Assembly (NCBI GenBank): GCA_027306655.1
Contig: DAHUZL010000160.1
Span: 1-46,956 of the forward strand
Direction of reading: 5' to 3'
From: Candidatus Dormiibacterota bacterium
GTDB taxonomy: Bacteria > Chloroflexota > Dormibacteria > Aeolococcales > Bog-877
DNA: 46,956 bases
The stretch's first letter is position 1, and each line of letters begins with the position of its first letter. The notes beneath the pieces were generated by a model. That model saw only the letters and a program-made list of their open reading frames with translations. It was not told where the DNA came from and made no database searches. Of this stretch, positions 8,587 to 18,585 are shown one piece after another. A program made the translations under genes and the position numbers.

Positions 8587-9957
8587 TCAGGACGGCGCGA
8601 GCATCACGGTCCGGGTTTCCGTGTAGAAGTCGCGAGCGGCCAGACCCTGCTCGCGAGGCCCGAAGCTCGACTCCTTCGAGCCTCCGAATGGCGCGTGGAA
8701 ATCGACCCCAGAGGTTGGGGCGTTGACGCGGATCATGCCTGCTTGGACTTGGTTGGTGAGGCGCAGTGCTCGCTCAAGGTCACGGGTGAAGATGGACGTG
8801 ACCAGTCCAAACCGCACCGCGTTGGCGATGAGGATCGCCTCCTGGGACGAGTCGGCTCGGAGCACCGCGGCTACCGGCGCGAAGACCTCCTCACCGGCGA
8901 GGATCCCGGACGGGCTGTCCAACTCGACCAGGGTCGGCGCGAGATAGAAGCCCGGGTGATCCAGGGCCACGCCGCCCGTCAGCAGCCGGCCTCCGGCGCC
9001 CCCGATGGCGTCGAGGGCGGCGGAGCGGGCACGCTCGTCGATGACCGGTCCCACCAGCGTCTTCGCATCGGTCGGATCGACAACCTGGAGCGCCTCCACG
9101 GCGGCCGTGAGGCGCTCGCAGAACGCGGCGTACGCGGGCCGCTCGACGATGACGCGACTCGTCGCGGTGCACTTCTGCCCGGCATATCCCATCGACGCAT
9201 AGGCAATCGCGGTGGCCGCGTGATCGAGATCGGCGTCTGCCAGGACGACTGACGGGTTCTGGCCGCCCATCTCGGCTTGGACCCTCGCGCCGCGGCCAGC
9301 GACCCGGCGCGTGACGTCTCGTCCCACCGCCACCGATCCGGTGAAGGAGACGGCGGCGACGGTGGAGGCCTCCAGCAGGGGACGCGCCGTGTCGGCGCCT
9401 CCCAGCACGACCTGGAAGGCGTGATCCGGGAGGAACGGAGCGATGATCTCGTGGAGCAGGAGGGCGACCCCGGCCGCTGCACTCGCCGGCTTGAGGACAG
9501 TGGCATTGCCACAGGCGAGGCTAGGGGCCGCCTTCCACAGCGGGATCGCCACCGGGAAGTTCCACGGTGTCACGAGGGCGACTACCCCGAGCGGATGGCG
9601 CCGAACCATGAGGAGGGCGTCCGGGTCGGCGGCCGGCAGCGTCTCCCCATCCGGGAGCAGGACCATCTGGGCGTAGTAGCGAAGGATCGCAATCCCGCGG
9701 CTGACCTCTGCCCGGGCCTCGGAGAGAGGCTTGCCCACTTCTCGGACGGTGAGGTCCACGACCTCGTCGGCGCGTTGCTGGAGAGCCGCGGCCGCGTCGT
9801 GGAGAGCCGTGCCTCGACCCGACGCGGGGACGGTCCGCCAGGCGTCCGCCGCCCGCCGGGCCTGGCCGAGAACCGCGTCCACGGCGCGGTCGTCGGCTGC
9901 GGGCCACTCTCCGATGATGTCCGCCGGGTCGTGGGGGTTCACGCTGGTCACGGTCAT
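8587..9957 (-). CDS. Aldehyde dehydrogenase, alpha-ketoglutarate semialdehyde dehydrogenase (YcbD)-like
   Basis: TPWNFP, LKPAS, FTGSVAVG, catalytic EMGG, GQKCTATSR, EEVFAP, APFGGSKESSFGPREQG; start ATG at 9957 after SD GAGGTGG. Confidence 0.88.
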   Translation of the reverse strand: MTVTSVNPHDPADIIGEWPAADDRAVDAVLGQARRAADAWRTVPASGRGTALHDAAAALQQRADEVVDLTVREVGKPLSEARAEVSRGIAILRYYAQMVLLPDGETLPAADPDALLMVRRHPLGVVALVTPWNFPVAIPLWKAAPSLACGNATVLKPASAAAGVALLLHEIIAPFLPDHAFQVVLGGADTARPLLEASTVAAVSFTGSVAVGRDVTRRVAGRGARVQAEMGGQNPSVVLADADLDHAATAIAYASMGYAGQKCTATSRVIVERPAYAAFCERLTAAVEALQVVDPTDAKTLVGPVIDERARSAALDAIGGAGGRLLTGGVALDHPGFYLAPTLVELDSPSGILAGEEVFAPVAAVLRADSSQEAILIANAVRFGLVTSIFTRDLERALRLTNQVQAGMIRVNAPTSGVDFHAPFGGSKESSFGPREQGLAARDFYTETRTVMLAPS

Positions 9958-10054
9958 CGTGCCACCTCGATTGGTGATGCCATCAACGGCGTCCTGGCGA
10001 CCTCGTGCGGGGGCAGACTGGGGCTCCACCCGAGGGACCGGCGGTCGAGCGAGT

Positions 10055-11074
10055 CTACGTTGTCTGGATGTCGAGGAGCACCTTGCCGCGAGTCCCCTCC
10101 GTGCTACGGAGGGCAGCCACGGCCGCGTCCCACGCCGTCAGCGGGTAGCGGTGCGTGACCAGGAATCCCGGGCGGAGCCGTCCCAAGTTGAGGAGGGTGA
10201 CGGTGTCATGCCAGGCGCTGGATGTGTAGCTGAAGCTGCCCAGGATGGTGAGGTCGCGATTGACGATGTCACTCGGGACGACTGCCGCCGTCTTCCCGTG
10301 CGGCGGCAGCCCCAGCAGCGCGACCGTCCCTCCCCGGCGGGCGGCGGCCAGGGCATCGGCCACCGCATCGACCGAGCCGGCCGCCTCCACGACCAGATCG
10401 AATCCAGACCCCGCGGCTTCGGGAGCGGTTTCGAAGCGGTCGGCCCCCGCCGTCGCCGCCAGACCCGCCTGGGCCGGGCGGCGCCCGAGCACCACCGTCT
10501 CCGCCGGCGACCAGAGCCCGAGCAGGTGCACCGTGAGGAGCGCTACACTTCCGTCCCCGATGATCAGGGCTCGCTGTCCTGGTCCGACGCCGGCCCGGCT
10601 GAGAGCGCGATAGACGACGGCCGCCGGCTCGACGAGTGCGGCGTCTGTGGCGCCCACCGTTGCCTCCACCCGGTGCGCCAGGGTCGAGGGAACCAGCACG
10701 TGCTCCGCGGCCGCGCCATCGCGGGTGAACCCCAGCTCGTCGTAGGTATCGCAGAGGTTGGTCCGTCCGGCGCGGCAGCCGACACAGTGGCCGCAGGGCA
10801 CGACCCCCTCGACCACGACCCGCGTTCCCGCTGGGAAGGCCCCCTGGCCGCCCGCGGCGACGATCCCCGACCACTCATGTCCGAGCACGAGGGGGTACCG
10901 CACGTAGGCGGGATCCAACCGCCCGTCGATGATCTCGAGGTCGGTCCCGCACAGACCGACGACGTCGGGCCGGACCAGGAGCTGCCCCGGCCCGGCCACC
11001 GGGACGTCCCGCTCCAGGAGGAGCGTCTGGCCCGGTGCCCGAACCACAAGGGTCCTGCTTCGGGAGGCGGCCAC
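10055..11074 (-). CDS. Zn-dependent medium-chain dehydrogenase (sugar/polyol dehydrogenase-like)
   Basis: GLCGTD, LGHEWSG, structural-Zn motif CGHCVGC...C, Rossmann GDGSVA; GTG start chosen just after the iclR stop. Confidence 0.88.
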   Translation of the reverse strand: MAASRSRTLVVRAPGQTLLLERDVPVAGPGQLLVRPDVVGLCGTDLEIIDGRLDPAYVRYPLVLGHEWSGIVAAGGQGAFPAGTRVVVEGVVPCGHCVGCRAGRTNLCDTYDELGFTRDGAAAEHVLVPSTLAHRVEATVGATDAALVEPAAVVYRALSRAGVGPGQRALIIGDGSVALLTVHLLGLWSPAETVVLGRRPAQAGLAATAGADRFETAPEAAGSGFDLVVEAAGSVDAVADALAAARRGGTVALLGLPPHGKTAAVVPSDIVNRDLTILGSFSYTSSAWHDTVTLLNLGRLRPGFLVTHRYPLTAWDAAVAALRSTEGTRGKVLLDIQTT

Positions 11075-11079
11075 CTGGG

Positions 11080-11904
11080 TCAGGTGGTGCTGGCGCGGCC
11101 GGTCCTGGCACCGGCGGTGCCACCCAGCAGCTCGGAGATGCGGTCGGCGTACCTCACAACGGTGGCTCCGATCTGCTCGACCCGCCATCCCGGGAGGTCC
11201 CCCTTGATCCCGGTGGCGCTGATCGCACCGGCACAGGCCCCGCCCCGGCCGACGAACGCCGCGCCAGCGCAGAAGACGCCTTCGGCGTCCTCCTCGTCGT
11301 CGATGGCGAAGCCCCGACGCCTCGTCAAGGCGAGGTTCTCGAGCAGCGCCTCCACGTCGGTGATGGTGTGCGATGTTCGCGGGATCAGACCCGTCTGGGC
11401 ACAGACGGCGCGGACCTCGGGCTCGGGCAGCGTGGCCAGGATGGCCTTGCCTGCGGCCGAGGCGTAGGGCACCTCTCGTTGGCCGAGCGGCGTGTAGAAG
11501 CGGACGCTGCCCGGTCCGTCGACGCGCTCGATGAAGACCGGGTACCCGCCCTCGGAGATGGCCACCCGGGCGGTCAGCCGGGTTTCGGCCGCCAGCTGCT
11601 CCAACAGCGGGCGGCAGAGATCGCCGAGCGGAAGCTGCCGGCCAGCGATGTCGCCGAGCCGGATCAGAGCGGTTCCCAACGTGTAGCGCGGCCCCGGCCT
11701 GACGTCGCGGAGATAGCCGAAACGGACGAGGGTGCGTGCAAGGGCCAGGGCAGTGCTTTTGGAGGTCCCGAGCGACTGGGCCAGCTCGCTGAGCGACTGG
11801 CCTTCGCCGGACGCCCCTGCCGCGGACTCGACCAACCTGAGCGCCCGGGCCACGCTCTGGACCGTGTACCGGTCAATCGTCCGCTCGGTCGCCCGCGCCT
11901 CCAC
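11080..11904 (-). CDS. IclR family transcriptional regulator
   Basis: VQSVARALRL...LSELAQSLGTSKST HTH, YTLG, ASAAGKAILA, GFAIDDEE..EGVFC. Confidence 0.93.
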   Translation of the reverse strand: MEARATERTIDRYTVQSVARALRLVESAAGASGEGQSLSELAQSLGTSKSTALALARTLVRFGYLRDVRPGPRYTLGTALIRLGDIAGRQLPLGDLCRPLLEQLAAETRLTARVAISEGGYPVFIERVDGPGSVRFYTPLGQREVPYASAAGKAILATLPEPEVRAVCAQTGLIPRTSHTITDVEALLENLALTRRRGFAIDDEEDAEGVFCAGAAFVGRGGACAGAISATGIKGDLPGWRVEQIGATVVRYADRISELLGGTAGARTGRASTT

Positions 11905-11922
11905 GAAGACGTTCCCCCAAGT

Positions 11923-12034
11923 GTTCGGTCGGCAGGACCGAACCCCACTCTATCACGGTCCTCCGGAGTGCGGCTTGACATTCAGATCATCGGTGTGGTT
12001 GTATACCGCCCGACGATGTTCGCTCCTGCGCAAC
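11923..12034. promoter_or_regulatory. Divergent promoter/operator region of the IclR cluster
   Basis: Perfect inverted repeat GTTCGGTC-N5-GACCGAAC (11923-11943); minus-strand extended -10 TGaTAGAGT (11947-11955); plus-strand TTGACA (11975-11980); imperfect palindrome GTTCGC-TCCT-GCGCAAC (12018-12034). Confidence 0.55.
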
Positions 12035-12203
12035 TCAGGTCCGTCTGGGATGGCTCCCGATGACGGTAGGCACCTTCTCGGGAGAACGGTCGAGGGCCGG
12101 TGGGGGTGCATGGTCCCCGGTGGGCGACTCGTACGAGATGGGTGCCCCCTGCCGGCCCTGTCGGTGAGGCGGCGCTGGTGGACGCCCGAGAGGAGGGGAA
12201 TCG

Positions 12204-13127
12204 ATGACGGGGGCTGAGGTGCTGGCTCGGCACGACATTCCCTCCGAGCTCGCGCCGCCGCCCAGCCGGTGCCGGTTCCCGGATGGGGCCCACTTCCGGA
12301 TCGAGATTCCGAGCGTGGAAGGCCCGACTGTCCTCCGGGCGGTCGTCGAGGCGGCCGCGGCGGCCGGCCTCACGGTCAACCGCGTCTCCCAGGGCAGCGG
12401 GGCGATGCTGCTTTCGGCCGCAGAGCTGAGCGAGATGGCGCGGATCGGAGCGGACGCCGGGCTGGAGGTCTCGCTCTTCGTCGGCCCCCGAGAGGAGTGG
12501 GACCTGGGGGTTCAGTCGCGCGCCGCCGACGGCCCCGCCCTGGCTGGCCGCCTCCGTGGATCACGTCAGCTCCGCTATGCGGTGGACGACGTCCTCCGAG
12601 CCGTCGACCAGGGCATCCGGGGGTTCCTGGTCGCCGACACCGGGATGCTGGAGCTCGTCGCCGGGATGCAGGCGGCCGGCGAGCTTCCGGCCTCGGTGGT
12701 GTGGAAGGTCTCTGCCGTGCTCGCCCCCTCCAACTCGATCAGCCTGTGCCAGCTGGAGCGATTGGGGGGGTCGACCGTCAACGTACCGTCGGACCTCACC
12801 CTGGGGCAATTGGCGGAGCTCCGCGCGGCGACGACCGTCCCCCTCGACCTCTACGTCGAAGCACCGGACGCCATGGGGGGAGTGGTCCGCGGCCACGAGG
12901 CTGCCGACCTGGTCAGAGTGGCGGCTCCCCTCTACGTGAAGTTCGGCCTGCGGAACTCGCCGCTCCTCTACCCCAGCGGCCTGCACCTGGTCGATGAGGC
13001 GATCGCGATCGCGCGGGAGAAGGTGCATCGGGCCAGCGTGGCCCTGGAGTGGATCGACCGCAGCGGCCAGTGCCTGGTCCAGTCCCGCCCGGGAGCTCAA
13101 GGCCTGGGCATACCGGAGCCAGCGTGA
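12204..13127 (+). CDS. Uncharacterised 'peptidase U32-like' putative TIM-barrel protein
   Basis: SD GAGGAGG; FPDGAHFRIEIPSVEGP, RVSQGSG, SLFVGPR, GIRGFLVAD.G, PLDLYVEAP, YVKFGLRN resemble a family usually auto-annotated as U32. Function unknown. Confidence 0.7.
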   Translation: MTGAEVLARHDIPSELAPPPSRCRFPDGAHFRIEIPSVEGPTVLRAVVEAAAAAGLTVNRVSQGSGAMLLSAAELSEMARIGADAGLEVSLFVGPREEWDLGVQSRAADGPALAGRLRGSRQLRYAVDDVLRAVDQGIRGFLVADTGMLELVAGMQAAGELPASVVWKVSAVLAPSNSISLCQLERLGGSTVNVPSDLTLGQLAELRAATTVPLDLYVEAPDAMGGVVRGHEAADLVRVAAPLYVKFGLRNSPLLYPSGLHLVDEAIAIAREKVHRASVALEWIDRSGQCLVQSRPGAQGLGIPEPA

Positions 13128-13272
13128 GGTCTGCCCGTCTCCCCAGACTGACCAGCCCGGGGGCGTCTGCCCCAGCCCGTCGCGCCCTCGGGACTCGGCC
13201 ACCGTCACACCTATCGAGCAGCAAGCCGGCGAAATTCGATGCCCATTGCACTGGGATATTGGAGGGGACTTG

Positions 13273-14607
13273 ATGAATCATCGGACTCCAGCGAAGCGGG
13301 TTGGACCCGCGGCGGTGGCCCTGCTCTCGGCAGGAGTTCTGCTCGCCGCCTGTGGCTCTTCGGCCGCAGCCGTCCGCGCGGTCCCTGCGGCGCGAACCCA
13401 GGTCCATCTGACGCTATGGCAGAACTACGGCACCGAGGCCAACGCGACCGCAACCACCAACCTGGTGAATGCCTTCGAAAGGCTGCATCCTGGAATACGG
13501 ATCAGCGTCGTCGGCCAGCCTGCCAGCAACTACTTCTCCCTGCTTCAGGCTGCGGCCATATCCCGGACCGGCCCAGATCTGGCTGTCATGTGGACTGGCC
13601 TCTTCACCCTGCAGTACAAGGGCTATCTGGAGAACCTCAAGTCGTGGGTCCCCAAGGCCGATCTCGCGTCGATGCTCGGGCTGCGCTGGACCGCCAACGG
13701 CTTCAATACGGCCAGCGGTCCGTATGTGATTCCGCTCGAGGACCAGTTCTACATCGGCTTTTACAACAAGAAGCTCTTCGCCAAGGCTGGAATCACCGCG
13801 GTTCCTCGCACCTGGACCCAGCTCTTCTCCGACTGCAACAAGCTCAAGCTGGCCAAGACCACCTGCCTGTACTATGGCGCCGGCTCTCAGAACCTCGGGG
13901 CTGAGTTCTACCCCTGGTATGACCTGAGCTATCTCATGATTGGCCAGTTCTCGCTGACGCAGTGGCAGGGCCTCTTCAACGGAACGATCCCATGGACCAG
14001 TCCGGCGGTGGAAGCCCAGCTGGCCAAGTGGCACGAGCTCTATGCCGACGGGTACACCAACAAGAACGTCATCACCTCGATCGGCTCGCTGGTCGCCTTT
14101 GAGCATGGCAAATCGGCGATGCTCATCAAGGGCAATTGGGACCTAGCTCAACTGTACCAAGCCATGGGCAGCAACCTGGGGACATTTGTCCCGCCGTTCT
14201 CGACCCATCCAGTTAGCGGCGTGGTCCAGTACCCGGGCGATGGCTTTTCGATGACGACCTACTCTCAGCACAAGCCACAGGCTGCTGAGTTTCTCAGGTT
14301 CCTCACCACGCCTCAGGCGGGCCGGATCGTGGCCGCCAGCGGGCTGATCCCCGACGTGCGGGGGGTGGCTTCGACCAACCCCGTCAGTCAGCAGATGCTG
14401 GCCTTCGCAGCCAAGGACGGAATGGCCACCTACCCAATGCTCGACAATGTGACCCAACCCAACGTGGTCAACGCCGGCAGCAAGCTGATGCCGGAGCTAC
14501 TGGCTGGACAGATCTCCGTGAGCAGCGCCGCCAGTCAGTTGGAGCAAGCGTGGCGCCAGCTGCCTTTGAGTGAGCGAGGTCGGACCTGGGGAAGCTACAA
14601 GCCCTGA
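13273..14607 (+). CDS. Carbohydrate ABC transporter substrate-binding lipoprotein
   Basis: SD GGAGGGG; lipobox LAAC; GPDL, FYNKKLFAKAGI...PRTW.QL, G+SAMLI.GNW, AAEFLRFL motifs of CUT1-family binding proteins. Confidence 0.92.
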   Translation: MNHRTPAKRVGPAAVALLSAGVLLAACGSSAAAVRAVPAARTQVHLTLWQNYGTEANATATTNLVNAFERLHPGIRISVVGQPASNYFSLLQAAAISRTGPDLAVMWTGLFTLQYKGYLENLKSWVPKADLASMLGLRWTANGFNTASGPYVIPLEDQFYIGFYNKKLFAKAGITAVPRTWTQLFSDCNKLKLAKTTCLYYGAGSQNLGAEFYPWYDLSYLMIGQFSLTQWQGLFNGTIPWTSPAVEAQLAKWHELYADGYTNKNVITSIGSLVAFEHGKSAMLIKGNWDLAQLYQAMGSNLGTFVPPFSTHPVSGVVQYPGDGFSMTTYSQHKPQAAEFLRFLTTPQAGRIVAASGLIPDVRGVASTNPVSQQMLAFAAKDGMATYPMLDNVTQPNVVNAGSKLMPELLAGQISVSSAASQLEQAWRQLPLSERGRTWGSYKP

Positions 14608-14705
14608 GTAGGGCTCACCTCGCGCCGCCTCGGCGCACGGGGCCTTGCCACCGGCGAGGACCCTGTGCGCTGCGGCGGCGGTAAGAAAGGAGGACGCTGC
14701 CGGCG

Positions 14706-15695
14706 ATGAGACGAGCGCGAGCGGCCCCGGGCGAGGCTGGTGGCCCGGGGCCGATCGTGGCTGCCGTGGGCGCCGTGCCCAGCGGCGCCGGCCTCGACCC
14801 CGTTTCGGCCCCCAACCGGCGGCACCGGTCGGGGCTGCAGAGAACCCGGACTCGGACCAGCCTCCTGCTCACACTGCCAGGGCTGGCGGTGGTCGTGGCC
14901 CTGCTCATCGTCCCGATCGGCGAGGCCGTCTACTACAGCATGACGAACTGGGACGGCCTGACGGCCCAGTGGATCGGGCCGAGCACCTACCTCACGCTCT
15001 TCCAGAATCCCACCTTCTGGCGGGTGCTGGAGAACAACGGGCTGCTGCTGCTGTCAGTCCCCGTCGCGATGATCGTGCCCCTCTGCATCGCCGCCATGTT
15101 GCATGAGCACGTATGGGGCTGGAAAGTCTTCCGCTCGGTGATCTTTCTGCCCACGGCCGTGTCCTGGGTGGTCATCGGCATGGTGGCGGCACGAGTCTTC
15201 GCCCCCGGCGGCGCCGTCAACGGGGTGCTCGGAGCCGTCGGTCTGAGGTCGCTGCAGATTGACTTCCTCGGGCACGAGTACAGTGCCCTGGGCGCCGTCG
15301 CCGCCACCTTCGTCTGGTCGATGGTGGGCACCAACACGATCATCTTCCTCACCGGCATGTCGACCATCGACCCCGCGATCTACGAAGCCGGGAGGATCGA
15401 CGGAGCCTCTCGCCTGACCGCGTTTCTCCGCATCACGATTCCCCTCCTGAAACGATACTTCCAATTCAGCTTCGTGATCACCATGATCACCGCATTCACC
15501 GCGCTCTTCAGCCTGATATTCGTCATGACCGGCGGGGGTCCCGGCTATGGGACGACGACGCTCGAATTCTTTCTCTACCAGCAGGCATTTGACATCGGCC
15601 AGTTCGGCACTGGAGCGTTGATCGGGGTGGTCCTGTTTGTGATCCTCTTCGGGGTGAGTCTGGCGCAGATGCGCTTGCTCCGCGGCGAACACTAG
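14706..15695 (+). CDS. Carbohydrate ABC transporter permease (MalF-like); start uncertain
   Basis: YSMTNWDG, FRSVIFLP, EAA loop IYEAGRIDGAS, TGGGPG. Confidence 0.92.
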   Translation: MRRARAAPGEAGGPGPIVAAVGAVPSGAGLDPVSAPNRRHRSGLQRTRTRTSLLLTLPGLAVVVALLIVPIGEAVYYSMTNWDGLTAQWIGPSTYLTLFQNPTFWRVLENNGLLLLSVPVAMIVPLCIAAMLHEHVWGWKVFRSVIFLPTAVSWVVIGMVAARVFAPGGAVNGVLGAVGLRSLQIDFLGHEYSALGAVAATFVWSMVGTNTIIFLTGMSTIDPAIYEAGRIDGASRLTAFLRITIPLLKRYFQFSFVITMITAFTALFSLIFVMTGGGPGYGTTTLEFFLYQQAFDIGQFGTGALIGVVLFVILFGVSLAQMRLLRGEH

Positions 15696-16624
15696 TGGGC
15701 AGACCGCAGGGTCGGCCACCGAGCTCGGGCTCGGGGCTGTGGCCTGGAGGGGTTCGGCGGGCCCGCGGCCTGGGGACGAGGTCGGCAGCCGAGCAAGGAT
15801 GGCATCGACGGCCGCGACTGCTCCGGGACCCAGGCGCGGTCGCGATCTTCATCGCCCTGGTCCTGGTCAGCGGCGTGATGTGCTACCCGTTCATCTTCAT
15901 GATCGTCAACTCGCTGCGAAGTGAGAACCAATTCCTCAACGGCCAGGGCTTCTCGCTCGCCAGCTGGGGAGCATTGTTCCGGGCTCTGCCGGTGGTGACC
16001 GAGCTGCTCAACTCCACCCTGGTGTGCTCGGCCGCGATCGCCATCATCTTGGTGTGCTCGAGTGCCGCCGGCTTCGCCTTTGCCAAGCTGCGATTCAGAC
16101 GCCAAGCTTTTCTCTTCCTGGCTGTGATCGGGAGCATGATGGTGCCGGTGCAATCGATCATCATCCCTGAGTATGTGAATCTGGCCAACCTGCATCTGGT
16201 AAACAACTATCTGGGCCCGATCATGGTGTACGCGGCCCTGGGCACACCGTTCGCCACCTTCCTGATGACCGCCTTCTTCCGCGGCCTGCCGGACGAGTTG
16301 ATCGAGGCGGGGCTCTGCGACGGAATGAGCCCAGTCGGAGCATTCTGGCGGGTGGCGCTGCCGATGGCCAAGCCGGCGCTGGCGACGGTGGCGGTGCTTC
16401 AATTTATCCAGATCTGGGACGACTTCCTGGTGGGGCTGCTGTTCCTGCAGGAGCCGACCAATCGGACCATCACCGTTGGTCTGGGAGTGCTTTCGTCGGG
16501 GAGGGTGATCAGCATCCCGATTCTGATGGCCGGATCGCTGGTGAGCGCGGTGCCGGCAATTGTCGTCTACCTGACGTTCCAGCGGTACCTGGTCTCGGGG
16601 CTCACGCTGGGGGCGAGCCGGTGA
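15695..16624 (+). CDS. Carbohydrate ABC transporter permease (MalG-like); start uncertain
   Basis: LLNSTLV, AGFAFAKLRF, ELIEAGLCDG, WDDFL, FQRYLVSGLTLGA. Confidence 0.92.
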   Translation: MGRPQGRPPSSGSGLWPGGVRRARGLGTRSAAEQGWHRRPRLLRDPGAVAIFIALVLVSGVMCYPFIFMIVNSLRSENQFLNGQGFSLASWGALFRALPVVTELLNSTLVCSAAIAIILVCSSAAGFAFAKLRFRRQAFLFLAVIGSMMVPVQSIIIPEYVNLANLHLVNNYLGPIMVYAALGTPFATFLMTAFFRGLPDELIEAGLCDGMSPVGAFWRVALPMAKPALATVAVLQFIQIWDDFLVGLLFLQEPTNRTITVGLGVLSSGRVISIPILMAGSLVSAVPAIVVYLTFQRYLVSGLTLGASR

Positions 16625-16787
16625 GCGACGCGACGCAACGGATAGCGGGAACGGCGAAGGAGGAATGGACGACGGCCACCGGGAGAGTGCTCGGCGAGGG
16701 GCCGACAGGGTGGTGGCGCCCGCGGTACGGGCGACGTGGACCAGCCACTGGGCGTGCCCTCGGCCTGGGTGGCACCGGAGATTTCAG

Positions 16788-18512
16788 ATGAGCCCACTGC
16801 GCAGCGGCCGGTGGCTGGACGGGGATGACGAGATTGCCGTGCTCCACCGGGTGGCGATGGCCTCGGCGGGGGCGGCCGCTTCCAGTCCTGGCCCCCATCC
16901 GGTGATCGGGATCGCCAATTCAGCCAGCGACCTCAACCCGTGCAATCTGCCGTTGCGCGAGCTGGCGGAGTCGGTCCGCCGCGGTGTCGGTGCTGAAGGT
17001 GGGATCGCGGTGGAATTTCCCACCATCTCGCTGGGTGAGGATCTGATGAAGCCCAGCGCGATGCTCTACCGCAATCTCCTGGCGATGGAAATCGAGGAGA
17101 CGATCCGGGCGTATCCGCTCGACGGGGTTGTGATCCTCGCCAACTGCGACAAGACCGTCCCGGGCGCACTGATGGGTGCGGCCAGTGCTGACGTTCCCAC
17201 CGTGCTTGTCACCGGCGGCGCCCGCGCCCCGGCCACCTTCAGGGGCCGTCGGATCGGCACCGGCACCGACCTCTGGCGACTCTGGGACGCCCGCCGGACG
17301 GGAGACCTGGACGACCAAGCCTGGCACGAGTTGGAGCAGTGCTTGGCCTGTGGCCTCGGAGCCTGCAACACCATGGGCACCGCCTCGACGATGGCCATCC
17401 TGGCTGAGGTCTTGGGGCTCATGCTCCCCGGCGCCAGCACCATCCCATCCGGTGATCCGCGGGCCGGACCAGCGGCGTTTGAAGCGGGGCGCCGGGCGGT
17501 GGCGGCCGCCCAGGAGGGGATCCGGCCAACCGAGATCCTATCGTCGGCGGCCTTCGCCAATGCCACGCGCGTCCTGCACGCGATCGGCGGGTCCACCAAT
17601 GCCGTCATCCATCTGGCCGCGCTCGCCGGACGCGTGGGGATCCCCTACCTGCTCGACGACGTGGGCCGATTGGGACGGGACATCCCAGTGCTGGTCGACG
17701 TCGAGCCGTCGGGCACCGGCCTGGTTCAGGATTTCGACGCCGCTGGCGGCGTGCCCGCCTTGCTCCGCGAGATGACCGGGCTGCTCGACCTCGAGACCCG
17801 TACGGTAGCGGGCGTGACTCTGGCTGACATCGCCGCGGCCGCTCCCGCCGCCACTGGCGCGATCCGACCGCTGGCACGGCCGGTTCGGCCTGGGGGAGCG
17901 CTGACTGTCCTCCGCGGGTCGCTGGCACCCGACGGAGCGATCGTGAAGACATCGGCAGCCACGCCCGGGCTGCTTCGGCATCGCGGTCCGGCGCTCGTCT
18001 TCCGTGGCTACCAGGACATGCGTGACCGGGTCGATGATCCCGATCTGGAGGTGACGGCCGAGACCGTGCTGGTGCTGGCGGGGTGCGGTCCGGTCGGAGC
18101 GCCGGGCATGCCGGAATGGGGGATGATCCCCATCCCCGCCCGGCTCGCGTCGGTGGGAGTTCGGGACATGGTCCGGGTCACGGACGCGCGGATGAGCGGA
18201 ACCGGGTTTGGAACCGTGGCTCTACACGTCGCCCCCGAGGCCGCGATCGGCGGGCCGCTGGCGCTGGTCCACGACGGCGACATGGTGACCATCGATGCCG
18301 AGACCGGCCGGCTCGACCTGGAAGTGACCGCCGAGGAGCTCGCCCGTCGTCGGGCCTTGTGGTCGCCCACCGCCTCTCCCCACCTGCGGGGCTGGCCCGC
18401 CCTCTACCGACGCCACGTGCTGCAGGCGCCGCAGGGGTGCGATCTTGACTTCCTGCAGGCCCCGACTCCGGAGCATCGGCGGTTCATCGAGCCCGTGATC
18501 GGGAGATCCTGA
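16788..18512 (+). CDS. IlvD/Edd family [2Fe-2S] sugar-acid dehydratase (L-arabinonate/D-xylonate dehydratase-like)
   Basis: SDLNPCN, CDKT, GACNTMGTASTM, GGSTNA, GAPGMPEWG, TDARMSGT, C-terminal GCDLDFL; these resemble sugar-acid dehydratases rather than biosynthetic IlvD. Confidence 0.9.
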   Translation: MSPLRSGRWLDGDDEIAVLHRVAMASAGAAASSPGPHPVIGIANSASDLNPCNLPLRELAESVRRGVGAEGGIAVEFPTISLGEDLMKPSAMLYRNLLAMEIEETIRAYPLDGVVILANCDKTVPGALMGAASADVPTVLVTGGARAPATFRGRRIGTGTDLWRLWDARRTGDLDDQAWHELEQCLACGLGACNTMGTASTMAILAEVLGLMLPGASTIPSGDPRAGPAAFEAGRRAVAAAQEGIRPTEILSSAAFANATRVLHAIGGSTNAVIHLAALAGRVGIPYLLDDVGRLGRDIPVLVDVEPSGTGLVQDFDAAGGVPALLREMTGLLDLETRTVAGVTLADIAAAAPAATGAIRPLARPVRPGGALTVLRGSLAPDGAIVKTSAATPGLLRHRGPALVFRGYQDMRDRVDDPDLEVTAETVLVLAGCGPVGAPGMPEWGMIPIPARLASVGVRDMVRVTDARMSGTGFGTVALHVAPEAAIGGPLALVHDGDMVTIDAETGRLDLEVTAEELARRRALWSPTASPHLRGWPALYRRHVLQAPQGCDLDFLQAPTPEHRRFIEPVIGRS

Positions 18513-18585
18513 ATTATGAAGAGGCCGGATCGGCGCCCGCGGCCTGCCGCCTCGGCACCACGCGGCCGCGCCGACCCATCCATGC

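Noticed and set aside
8247-11467. Plus-strand ORFs 8247..8726, 8320..9252 and 9731..11467
   Set aside because: No recognisable motifs; they overlap the well-supported ALDH, dehydrogenase and IclR genes on the opposite strand.
16788-18512. Biosynthetic ilvD
   Set aside because: Motifs (CNTMGTAST, GMPEWG, GCDLDFL) and context match sugar-acid dehydratases; no ilv/leu genes are nearby.
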